Shown piece after piece: positions 1 to 10,377 of a DNA stretch of 64,000 bases (the first letter of the stretch is position 1; each line of letters begins with the position of its first letter). The position numbers and the translations under genes were made by a program. A model generated the notes under the pieces. The model searched no databases, was not told the origin of the DNA, and worked only from the letters and a program-made list of their open reading frames with translations. This stretch comes from an uncultured Planctomycetaceae bacterium (lineage in GTDB: Bacteria > Planctomycetota > Planctomycetia > Pirellulales > PALSA-1355), in the NCBI GenBank assembly GCA_963785305.1, contig CAWAUV010000008.1:416001-480000 (forward strand), read 5' to 3'.

Positions 1-23
1 GCTCCTGGTCGCCACGGCCGCCG

Positions 24-200
24 CCCGAAAAGCTCGCCGGCCATGTGACCTGCTGACACAGCAGCGTGCGGGCGCCGCCGTGCGTTTGCAGCCGGGCCCG
101 AAAAGCTCGCCGGCCATGTGACCTGCTGACACATTTGGTCCTTAGCGGCAAACGTGTTGCCGACCAAATCCCGAAAAGCTCGCCGGCCAGCCTGCTGCGC
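24..200. CRISPR. End of a CRISPR-like array: two identical 36-bp repeats plus a degenerate terminal repeat; probably continues left of the window
   Basis: CCCGAAAAGCTCGCCGGCCATGTGACCTGCTGACAC occurs at 24-59 and 97-132. The first 20 nt recur at 170-189, followed by a partial match (CCTGCTG). Unique 37-bp spacers lie at 60-96 and 133-169, giving a 73-bp period. No cas genes are in the window. Confidence 0.75.
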
Positions 201-308
201 TACTCGCGCGCCCGCTTCGAAGAAGCCCCCGCCCTGATGCTGACCGACGCCGCCCTCACGCTCCTTTCCGCCATCGCCTGGACCGAATTCCGCCTCCGCC
301 AGCGGTAA
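190..308 (+). pseudogene. Possible 3' remnant of a coding sequence abutting the degenerate CRISPR repeat
   Basis: Strongly C/G-ending codons read ...LLRYSRARFEEAPALMLTDAALTLLSAIAWTEFRLRQR* with no start codon of its own outside the array. Confidence 0.35.
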
Positions 309-400
309 GCGTGACATTGTCCGATGGCCTCGCCGTTCGCAAAATCCTTGCAATACGGGCCCCAATGGCGATGCGATCTGCTGACGCCGGAGGGGGGAAT

Positions 401-428
401 TTCACGCGGAGACGCGGAGGCGCGGAGA
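401..428. repeat. REP-like element (TTCACGCGGAGACGCGGAGGCGCGGAGA)
   Basis: Related copies occur at 2151-2177 (inverted) and 2231-2250. Confidence 0.6.
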
Positions 429-525
429 CGAAAAGCCCGCGGGGCTTGCGCGATTCGGGTGGCCGTGAGGGGGCGCTCAAGGGGGCGGGGGGGCGAATGT
501 TCGGGGGATTGTTCGTCGGAGCGCG

Positions 526-1980
526 CTAGCGAGCTTTTAGCAGCTCGATGCATGCCAAGCGGTCGCGGCCGCGGACGTAGAGCAGGCCGTGCGATAGCAC
601 CGGCGCGGCCCAGGCGGGGGCTTTTAATAGGCGGCGGGCGGCGAAACCCAGCTCCTTTTTCTCCGGCGACGGGTCGAGCAGCATCGCGGCGCTCACAAGT
701 TCGAATTTCTCGGGATTCACCCTCAGAAGACGCAGCGTGCCGTCTTCGCCCAGGCAGATGAAGTGGCCATCGACATGGAGCAGCGATGTGCGATGCAGCC
801 GCGGCTCGCTCCAGCGCACCGCGCCGGTCGCTAGCTCGATACACCGCAGCGCCGCCTCGCCTTCGTGCCGACCGCTCGAGCCATAGAGAAAACCGTCGAC
901 CTCGATCGGCGTGTTCCAGTGGGTGCGCATCGCTTTGTCGCGGCGGCGATCGGCGTCGGACCAAACCACGTCGCGCCCGCCCGGGCGCACCGCGAGCAGG
1001 GCGCTGCCGGGCCCATAGGTTTCGGAAATGAAGACCCGGTCGCCCACCACCACCGGATTGCTGGCGTTGACGCTCTCGAGGATCGTCGCTCGCCAGGGAA
1101 ATTCGAAGTCGAGCTTGCCGGCCGCGGGGTCGAAGCCCACGAGTCCGCCGCGGGCGAAGACAAAGCACCAATCGCGCGAGCCGATCGTGGCCAGCTTCGG
1201 GCTGGAATAGCTCGCCAGCTCGTCGGTCAATTTGTACCGCGCCGCTCCGGTCCGTTTGTCAAACGCCACCACGCCGCTGCCCGCGCCCACCACGCGGCCA
1301 AGCTGCCCCGGCGGCGCGGGCGGCATGTCGGCCGGGCTGCCCCCGATTTGGGCAATGAGCAAATCCTTGTAAATGACCGGCGTGCTGCCGGCGCCGAAGA
1401 AGTTCTGGGTCACATGGTATTCGGCCGCGGTGTCGAGCTTCCAAACCACGCCGCCATCGGCCACGCGCAAGCAATGCAGCATGCCTTCAGGGCCAAAAAT
1501 ATAAACCCGATCGCCGTCGACCACCGGCGAGGCTCGCGGGCCGCCATCGTAGCCATAGAGGTCTTGGTAGTCGGTCGGATAGGAGAAGGTCCACAGTTCG
1601 CGGCCGGTTTCGCTTTCGAGCGCCCGCAGGCGGTCTCGATTTTCGATGCGATCGAAGATAAACAGCCGCCCCTGGCTCACGGTCGGCGGGCCGTAGCCTT
1701 CGCCAAGCTCCGCGGTCCACACGATGGGCGGCCCGGTGTCGGGCCAGGGCGCGAGCGGGCCTTTTTCGGGCGACTTGGAATCGCCGGTCGGTCCCAGAAA
1801 GCCGGGCCAGTCGACGCCTGTCGTTCGAGAGACACGCGGCAAAGCGACAGCCGCCGCGGGCGGGGCAAGCTTCCCGGCGCTTGGCTTGCTGGCGCCGCCC
1901 GGCTCGGCGGCGGGCAGATTCGCGATCGCAAGGCTCGCCAGGGCGAGAATCTGCCAAAGGGTGGGGGCGAGGCGTGGCAT
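526..1980 (-). CDS. PQQ-binding-like beta-propeller repeat protein (BamB-like, planctomycete family)
   Basis: Signal-peptide-like N-terminus, then DWPGFLGP, repeated W-x(n)-S/TP-V-V-G motifs and a C-terminal WAAPVLSHGLLYVR. Start is uncertain (1980 or 2073). Confidence 0.85.
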   Translation of the reverse strand: MPRLAPTLWQILALASLAIANLPAAEPGGASKPSAGKLAPPAAAVALPRVSRTTGVDWPGFLGPTGDSKSPEKGPLAPWPDTGPPIVWTAELGEGYGPPTVSQGRLFIFDRIENRDRLRALESETGRELWTFSYPTDYQDLYGYDGGPRASPVVDGDRVYIFGPEGMLHCLRVADGGVVWKLDTAAEYHVTQNFFGAGSTPVIYKDLLIAQIGGSPADMPPAPPGQLGRVVGAGSGVVAFDKRTGAARYKLTDELASYSSPKLATIGSRDWCFVFARGGLVGFDPAAGKLDFEFPWRATILESVNASNPVVVGDRVFISETYGPGSALLAVRPGGRDVVWSDADRRRDKAMRTHWNTPIEVDGFLYGSSGRHEGEAALRCIELATGAVRWSEPRLHRTSLLHVDGHFICLGEDGTLRLLRVNPEKFELVSAAMLLDPSPEKKELGFAARRLLKAPAWAAPVLSHGLLYVRGRDRLACIELLKAR

Positions 1981-2120
1981 GGGCAAAAGGCGGCGCCAGC
2001 GGGGGCGTCGTTCAAAAAATGACGGAGGCGTTATTTGGTCGAGCCCCGTTGGTTGGGGCGATGTGTCGAGCATGGCGCACGGGCCCGCAAAGATCAAGCG
2101 GCCGCGGGGCGCCGGTGGTC

Positions 2121-2325
2121 GATAGTAAACATGGGTAGCGTTGCTGACTTCTCCGCGTCTCCGCGACTCCGCGTGAATATCTTTGTCGAAAGGTCCAGCG
2201 GCTTTATCATCTGCCGAAATCGGGGGGATCTCACGCGGAGGCGCGGAGGAGGACAAGGCCGCCGGCGATGTTGGGGTCTATTGGGCGGAAAGGGCGGCGG
2301 CGGTTGATAGTAAACATGGGGAGCG
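2121..2325. repeat. Intergenic repeat complex: 15-bp direct repeats flanking two REP-like copies
   Basis: GATAGTAAACATGGG at 2121-2135 and 2306-2320. CTCCGCG-type REP copies at 2151-2177 and 2231-2250 are in opposite orientations. Confidence 0.6.
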
Positions 2326-2456
2326 CGGCGGGCTCGCGGCTCGCGCAACGCGGAATCTGGCAATGCCTAGTTGGCATTGGCCAGGATTTTTGCGAGAATA
2401 GTTTCCGGTCGGCGTCCCAGCCGCCCACTCCCTTCTCTCTCTTCAGGAACAGAGCC

Positions 2457-3511
2457 ATGCGACGCCCCCAATCGAACTCCGGCCGCGCGATTCGTCACGG
2501 TTTCACACTGGTTGAACTGCTGGTGGTGATCGCCATCATCGGCACATTGGCGGCGCTCTTGCTGCCGGCGGTGCAGTCGGCTCGCGAATCCGGGCGCACG
2601 CGACCTGCCTGAACAATCAAAAGGAAATCGCGCTCGCGGTGATTAGCTACGAGACATCGAAACAAAAGCTGCCCGGCGCCTGGGGCAATCTCAACGTAAT
2701 TCCGTCGGGCGGCACGACTCCCATTTCAACGGCCTTCGAGTGGCCCATGTTGATTATGCCGAACATCGCTCGCAACGACATCTACACCTCGATCATTCAG
2801 CCCACCGCGACACTTACGATCACCGCGGCGAACGCCCCAACGATCGCGCTGTTCAACTGTCCGAGCGCTCCGCCCTCGAGTTCCGCGGCCATCATGCACT
2901 ATGCGGTCAATTGCGGCATGCAGGATCAAGTCTCGACCACGGCGGGCATTCCCAATGATTGGCAGGCCAACGGCGTGTTCTTCACCAATGGCGCCTATTC
3001 CTCGCCGACGCTCACGATTCAGTCCGGCGTGCCGACCGTGACACAGACACTCAGCTATATCAACCGCTACGATGGTGGCTCGAACACGATCATGCTGTCG
3101 GAAAACCTGGACACGGAAAACTGGATCGGCGAGTATCCGGCCGCGAGCGGCGCGACGAGCAACGAATGGGAGATTGGCATCCTGTGGTTCGCGACGGATT
3201 CGCCCACGGTTCCGCTCAATCGTCAAGGCGGGATGGCGTTGAGCTCCTCGGCGCAAGTGAACTTTGCCCGACCTTCGAGCATGCATCCCGGGGGATTCGT
3301 GGTTGCCATGTGCGATGGGAGCGCGAAATTTCTGAGCCAAGATATCGTGTATAACGTCTATGGTCGCCTGATGACGCCGCGCGGCAACACGCCCAACTCG
3401 ACCAGCGGCGCTCCGGTGATGATGTATCAGGCGCCCGGATCGAAGAACTTCGTTTCTTATCCCTCGTCCACTTGGACGAATCCGATCAGCGAGACCGATC
3501 TCAATCCGTAA
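2457..3511 (+). CDS. DUF1559 family prepilin-type N-terminal cleavage/methylation protein (frameshift near 2600)
   Basis: [31 protein letters not shown]-terminus, a FNCPS motif and a C-terminal H-X9-DG motif ([16 protein letters not shown]). Confidence 0.9.
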
Positions 3512-3587
3512 GCATCGGCGCACACCGCTGACGACCAGCATTGAAACGCATTCAACTACCGCACGATTTTACGAGAGAAGGCGGCCC

Positions 3588-4813
3588 ATGAAACACGGTA
3601 TTCGACAACTCGCTCGCTCGACGCGTGGTTTCACGCTCGTCGAGCTCTTGGTCGTGATCGCCATCATCGGCATTCTCATCGCCTTGCTCTTGCCCGCGGT
3701 GCAGGCCGCTCGGGAGTCGGGCCGGCGGATCTCGTGCGCACAACAACATGAAGCAGCTTGGCGTGGCCTCGCAGGCCTACGAATCCACGTTTCAAAAGTT
3801 CCCCTACGCTCGCAAATACGACTTCACCGGCACGACGCCGCCCGGGAACGGCAATCCGGCGGGGCTATCGAACGCCTTGGCCGGCATGATGTCGTACACC
3901 TGGTATCACTGCTTGCTTACGAACTTGGATCAAGGGGCACTGTTTCAACAATACGGCACCATCAACGCTCAGTCGACGCCGAGCACCTCGGTCTCGGGCA
4001 ATCCGACCGGAGTCACGTATCTGGGCACCGCGAGCCAGGCGCTCACCCAGGCCCGGAGCACTCCGATCGCCAATATGTTTTGCCCTTCGGATTCGGCGGC
4101 CCAAGTCAGCCCGATGACGAACACGACGCTCAATCGAGCCCGCGGCAATTATGCCGGCTCGTGCGGCACCGTGCCGCTGATGTTCATGAACGGCACGAGC
4201 GCTTACACATATGGCGGGGCCACCGGTAGCTCGGGCGGCGCGGGCAGCGGCCCGATCTACTATGGCGGCCAAGGCATGTACAACGTGAATCAGAATCAAA
4301 GTTTCGACAATCCGTTGCCCTCGGGCGCGGCGCTGCTCAATCAGGTGCGCAGGCGCCGATGTGCGCGACGGGCTCTCGAAGACCTTGATGTATGCCGAAG
4401 TCATCGGCGGCACGATTCCCGACCCGGCCACCGGGAGTGCTCAAACCGGTTCCTCGGTCATGGGCGATATCCAAGCCTCGACCATGGGCGGGGCCTTCGT
4501 CTCGGAATACTACGGTCCGAATTCGACGGTTCCCGATAAGGTCATGACCTGCCCCGCCGATATCGGCGACAGCGGCTACCCCTCGACCCCCAACGTGATT
4601 TGCAGCGATGGCGGCGCCGATACCAGCGGCTATGCCTCGGCCCGTAGCCGGCATCCGGGCGGGGTCAATGCGGCGCTGGCCGATGGCTCCGTGCATTTCG
4701 TCGATGAGGGCATCAGCATTCCGATCTGGCAAGCGCTTGGCACGATCAAGAACGCCGTGAACTCGAACGGCTCGACCGGCGCCGCCGAACCCGGCCTGCC
4801 GACCGACTTTTAG
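3588..4813 (+). CDS. DUF1559 family prepilin-type protein (frameshifts near 3740 and 4355)
   Basis: [35 protein letters not shown] and [17 protein letters not shown], spread over three frames. Confidence 0.9.
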
Positions 4814-4848
4814 AGCCTATTCGAGAACTTCGGTGAGCCCTCGCCCTA

Positions 4849-4869
4849 CCCTCTCCCAAAGGGAGAGGG
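4849..4869. repeat. REP-like palindrome between convergent genes
   Basis: CCCTCTCCC-AAA-GGGAGAGGG perfect hairpin. Confidence 0.6.
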
Positions 4870-4980
4870 GGAGTCGTCGGTCGGATAGGCTCTTAATGGG
4901 CTTGGCCGCCAACTCGGCGATCTTCGCCGATCGCACGATTTCAATTGAAACGACGCCTTGGATTCGGTTCGCGCTCGATT

Positions 4981-7900
4981 CTATTCGAAGAGCAAGTACC
5001 CGAAGCCTTCGGGTCGCGCGGATACCGCGGCCGGCGTGGTCCAAGATTGAAAGCCCACCCCGGGCGCCACTCGCTGCGCCCCCACGGCCCAGGCTCGCTT
5101 CGGCGCGGGCCGATCGGTGGTCAGTTCCCCGAGCGGAATCGCCGCTTCGAGCGTCCAATCTTCTTGCGTGGCGGCGTGGGCCACGAACCAGCGCGGGTTC
5201 CAACTGGCGTCGCCCCAGCAGTCGTCGCGAGTCCAACCCCGATGATCGACCGTGAGCCGATAATAGGTTGTCCAGTCGCGATCCAGATCCACGAGGAATT
5301 CGACGCGGTCGCGCTCCGTGAGATCGGCGTCGCGCGGCCGGGCAATTGTCGGTGGCTTCGCGCTCTGGGCCGCTTCGGCGGTCGACCGTTCGGCGGCAGC
5401 GCTCGCGCGCCCAACGTCGCTCGCGCGCCCAACGTCGCTTGCGGGACTTTTGCAACTCGCGGCTAAGTACAGATAGTCGTCGTCGTAGGCCATCATCGCG
5501 ACCGCGGGCCAAGCAGTGTCGTCGCCGAGCGCGCCATGCAGCTCGACATGTTCGGCGCCTTGCCACGCGGCGTCGTTGAGTTTGCCATCGAGCAGCGGTC
5601 TGGCGGCGGCGCGGCGGCAGCGCCAGATTTTCTTTGGCGGCTCGCCGAGGTCCGAAGCCAAGCGACCGTCGCCGAGCAGCGTTTCCCCTTGGGCCGCGGC
5701 CCACCAGGCGTCGTGGGCTCGCGATCGGACGACGTTCAGATAGTCAGCGCTCCGCTTGGCGCGGCAAACCCTCGCCGCGCAGCGCCGCGGCCAAGGGAAA
5801 TCGCACGAACGGCTCGGCGAACAGTTGCGGCGAAAGCTGCTCGAGCTGCTTGCCACGCGCCGCGGCGAGCGCGGGCCAACCATCGGGCCGCAGTCCGGCG
5901 GCGCCGGCGGTCGTAAGCTCCCGGGTCTCGCCCAGCGGCTCATGGGCCACGGCCGGCTTCACGCCATCGAACCGCCGCGGCGGTCGGGCATCGGGCGCGC
6001 GGCGCCGCGGCGGCGATCTTTTCAGCCACCAGCCCTTGTCCGCCTCGAGCCCGATGCCGAGCCTCGCCACTCGCATAATACTGCGCGAGCCACACGAGCG
6101 ACGAAGCCGCCAGCGGATGGCTCGGATAACGCTCGACCAGCAGTTCGCGGAGCTCGGCCGCCGATTGCCACTGGCCGCGATGATGATAGCGATCGGCCAG
6201 CCGGTCGAGCACGGCGGCGGCCGACGCTGGCTCGAGCGACGCGACCAGCGAACCGGCCTCGGCCAGCCAGCCGGCGTCGCTCGCGGCGGCCGGTGGAGCG
6301 TGGTTTGCCGGGCGCGTCGCGGAATCGGTTGCGGTCCCAGCGGAGTCGGCCCGGGCAAACAGTGCATCAAGGTTGCGGCGTGTCTGAGCGGCCCGCTTGA
6401 GCGATTCGAGATTCCGCGCCGCAGTAGCCGGCAGCATGCGCCGCGCATCGCCACCGGGCGATATCGCGAAGCCGCTAAAAAAATCGCGAGCCGGAGCGGC
6501 GTCGCGCGGGGCACCGCCCGGCCGCGCGTCCTCGCCGCGCGCGGTCTTGGACCACGCGGAACGGGAGATCGGTCGTCGGCGCGCAGGCTCATCAGCAGTT
6601 CATGTCCGGCGCCGGCCAGTTCGACATAGGATCGCCCGAGCCGCGGCGCGAGTTGTGATATTTCCACCGAGAGCGTGCCGGCCCCGCCTGGCGCGGCGGC
6701 GGCGACCACTCGCGAAGTCGCCCAGGGAGCGAGGCCGGCGAGCGTCAGTTGCTCGCTGTACCAAGTGGGATCGGCCGCATGTTCGACCGCCGCGAGCACC
6801 GTTTTCGACACCAACTGTTCGGCGGCGTCGTCGCTGGCGTCGGCGGTCACGATCAGCGTCGGCCGCCAGCGGCGAATGTCGGCCACGAGCCGCGCTTCCA
6901 GGCGAGCGAGGCCATGGGAATCGCTCGCGCGATCGAGGCCCTCGACCACGCGCTCGGCCCCGAGCCGCAATTCCGTCTGACGCATCGGAAAACGCCAATC
7001 CCGCTCGCCGGCCGAGCCACCGGCCGCGACCACCGCTTCGTGAATCGTCGCCTCGGAGTCGGCCGCGGTCGCGGCGCCGTCGAGATCATGACGCCCGCAA
7101 ACGATCGCGGCCGAGAGATAACCTTCATCAGCCGAAAGCCGGGCCAAGAGCTCGAGCGGAAGATGTCGCGCGGCGCTGAAGCAGCCGAGCACCGCCGCCC
7201 GGCTTGCGGGCGATCGCTGGCGGCGCCAGGTGTGGCCGCCATCGCTCGTGGCGAGGATCGTGCCCAGATCGCCCACGGCCCAGCCGTGTTCCGCGTCGAC
7301 AAACGTCAGGCCGCGAATCGCGGTGGGTGAGCCGGTAGGTTCGGCGGTCCAAGATTGGCCCGCGTCGGGCGAGTGGAACACGCGCGAACCCGGCGACCCG
7401 GCGATCCAGGCCTGAGCGCCTTGAGTGGCGATGGCATGAAAGTCGAACAGATCACGATAGGCGCCATCGAGCGCGCCGCGCGGCGACAGCCACGAACGAC
7501 CGAGATCGCCGCTTTGAAAGATCCACGCCCCGTCGCCCACGGCCCAGAGCAGCGGCGCTCCACCGGCCCGCAAGCGATGCCACTGGCGAAGGCTAGGGTC
7601 GGAGAACCGCGAGCGCTCGACCGCCCGGCGCCGCACCGCGGCGAGCGCGCCGCTTGGGCCGGCCACGGCGCCCGAGAGCGGATCGGCAAAAAAGCCGGTG
7701 GTCCAAGCGACGCCATCGGCCGAGGGCAGCGGGGTCCAGCTATGCCCGCCATCGTCGGTCGTGAAGAGATTCGTGGGAAACAGACTCGATGCCCGAGTGA
7801 TGGCCCAGCCATGGAGTGGATCGAAAAACGCGAGCGATTCGATGGCCGGCAACAGCAGCTTGCGATCTTGCGACCAATGTTCGCCGCCGTCGCGCGTCGC

Positions 7901-8188
7901 GAGGAGCACGCCTTGGCTGACCGATGCGCCGTGTCCGGCCCGGTCGCCGGGCGCCGTCATTCCGCCGGCGGCCCAGCCGCGCCGGGCATCGAGAAACACC
8001 ACGGTCGAAAGCCGGCAATCAACGCCGGACGCTTGCAACCGCCATCGCTCGCCGCCATCGGTCGTGGCCCAAATCGCGCCACGGTCGCCGACGGCCCAGC
8101 CGTGGGCGGCATCGACAAATGTGACTTCGGCCAATTGCGAGTCGGAGCGCATCGCGTCGAGATTTTCGTCGGCGAATAGGGCGCCCAC
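4981..8188 (-). CDS. YCF48/BNR-repeat beta-propeller protein with a helical middle region and a C-terminal CBM9-like domain (frameshifted)
   Basis: Repeated FVD..HGWAVGD.G.I..T.DGG..W motifs. The C-terminal segment has LDGKLNDAAW...YDDDYLYLA...WTLEAAIP. Split across three frames (breaks near 6560-6440 and 5940). Start is approximate. Confidence 0.8.
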
Positions 8189-8523
8189 TGTGGCAATGCA
8201 ACACGCGGCCGCGATGAACGCTTCGCCGAGCAGGCGCGCGATTTGCCTCGCCCTTGGCAGAGCGCGGGCAAAAGCCGCTGGCGCATGGCAGCGCTCCGCT
8301 TAAGAAGCAGCGGCGCGACGCAATTCGTGGGTCTTCCGTGACCACGCATAAATATCGAGTGCGTAGGATTCGATCCGAACCGACGGCGCCGAGACGACGC
8401 TTCGAGCGCATCTCGCGGCGGTTGGGAGATTATAGGTCAACTGCGCCAAGCGACCTAGAGCGGAACGCGGCGTTCTTCGAGAGCGGCCGGACTCGCCGCC
8501 GAGTGTTCCGGAACGCTGCCCGC

Positions 8524-10039
8524 TCATTCAGGGAGCGGAAGCGATGACTCACACGGCGACTTGGTCCATGCCGAGTCAAGCGACTGAAAGTCGCACGACG
8601 AACAGCGAAACGACTCCCAGCAGAGGATCGGCCGGTCGAGAAACTGGAAATCTTTCGAGAATATATTGCCGGTGGGAGCGTAGTGCGGCAACGCCAATCG
8701 ATCGAATAGCTTGCTGCGATCGATCGCGCTCATGCAAGTGTATACGTCTCCGAGTTCGTCGACATTGACGCGTTGCGAGCCGGCCGGACAAAAAATCGGC
8801 GACCTTCCGGCCAATTCGGGCTGTCCCTTGACTTCCCAAAACTGGGGCCGGTCGAAATTCCAGCCACGCACCGCGCCCAAGTCTTTGGTATGGGCGGCGG
8901 CCTTGTCGACCCAGCCTCGCATTTCGGCCATCAGCGCCGCGTCTCGCCCCACGGGATCATGCGCCGCGGGCACGTAGGGGTCGAACCGCAACGAAATGCC
9001 CAGTTCGCGGCAACGCTCGAATGCCTCGCCGGCCACGGGTAGGTTCTGAGGATAAAGCACCATCTCGACCATGAGGCCGCGATAGCCCGCGGCGTGCAAG
9101 CGGCCCAGTTTCGCGAAATACTCGGCCGGCTCGATCTGCGTGGGATGCAGACTGAGCACGAGCTCGCGAAAGCGATCGGGCGCCACATGCTCCAGGAATC
9201 GATCGACCGAAAAGCTCCGGCCGAAATTTGAGTGCATCACCAGCTCGATGTCGTGCGGCAGGAGGCCGATGAATTCCGGCAATTGTTTATACAGCGTCGG
9301 CTCGCCGCCCGTCAAAAAAAGCTCTCGCGGCTTGAGTCGCTGGAAGCTCGCGGCCCATGTCTCGGGAGCAATCCGATTGGCGCGGCCGGCGCGGTACATA
9401 TCCGCCGATACTTCCTGCCAGCAATAAGCACAAGCGAAATTACACTTCCAGGTGACGAACCACTGCACGCTGCGCGGAATCGCCGCCGCGGCTTGCCGCG
9501 AGCGTTCGCGCAATCGCCAATCGCTCGGGAGCGGCGCTGCGCGAGCAGATGCCGAAGTAGTCGTAATAATCGTCGCGCACGGTTGCGGATTCGATCTCGA
9601 ACGACACGTCGGACCCGAAATGAACGACCGGCGCTTTGAGCAGCGCGGCGCGAGGAATCGCCAAACTGTGCGAACGACGATTTTTGAGCACTCGCCCGGC
9701 GGTCTCGAAGTCGGCGCAGCGATACTTGATATCGCCACCACGGCCGGCGTGATTCTGGTAGATGATGTCAATGTAGACATAGTCGCCCGTCGCGGGAAAC
9801 CGGGTCAGCTCCAAGCTGCCGTGGCAGCGCGACTCGACGGTTTCGATCGTCACGCGGGCATCGGTCGGGCAACCGTTGGGCGTAGACGACGGCTCCGGTT
9901 CATCGCCCGCCTCGCGGAAGGCCCCGGCGCTGGGAAGAATCGGTAGCGAAAGCACTGTTCCCGGCATTGCCTCCGCCAGTTGTGCGTCCATGACGTCTGC
10001 GTTCCTTGCGTTAACGTGCGGAAATGCGGCGATCGCCAT
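8524..10039 (-). CDS. Radical SAM protein with a SPASM/twitch-like C-terminus and an uncharacterised N-terminal domain (frameshift near 9500)
   Basis: CNFACAYC (CxxxCxxC), LTGGEP, and C-terminal CPAG...GDVYTC...CWESFRCSSC. The N-terminal part lies in ORF 9440-10309. Start is uncertain. Confidence 0.75.
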
Positions 10040-10186
10040 GGATTCCCATCGGGGCCCGGCGTGAGCAGCCCGTGGAAAAATGCCATCGTGACATTTTTCA
10101 ACCTCGCCAAGCGCCGAGCAAAGCTCGTCGCGGCTCGCAAAATAACGACTTAGGTCGTAATTTTGACACCGCATCCATGCGGCGGC

Positions 10187-10377
10187 GCAGCCTGTTGAAT
10201 ATTTCAACAGGCTGCTAGACAAGGTCCGCACGCGAGCGGAGTTTTCGGGTCCACTGCAAGAATATCGGTCGCGGCGGTGGGGGAAGATGATCCGAAATGG
10301 CAAAATCAAACGATTTTGCGGAATGTGCCGCCTAGAATCGCTGCTAGCAAGCTGTTGAAGTATTCAACGTGCTGCTA
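10187..10377. mobile_element. Paired palindromic IS-end-like sequences (MITE or IS scar)
   Basis: GCAGCCTGTTGAA-TAT-TTCAACAGGCTGC(TAG) at 10187-10218 and a degenerate copy CTAGCAAGCTGTTGAAGTATTCAACGTGCTGCTA at 10344-10377. No transposase is present. Confidence 0.45.

Noticed and set aside
2378..2393. Sigma54 promoter upstream of the DUF1559 genes (TGGCCAGGATTTTTGC)
   Set aside because: Spacing is GG-N11-GC rather than N10. It would fit only if a homopolymer error is assumed.
5401..5439. 18-bp tandem repeat (GCTCGCGCGCCCAACGTC x2)
   Set aside because: It is an in-frame duplication encoding ASDVGR twice in a linker of the YCF48-like protein and is unremarkable.
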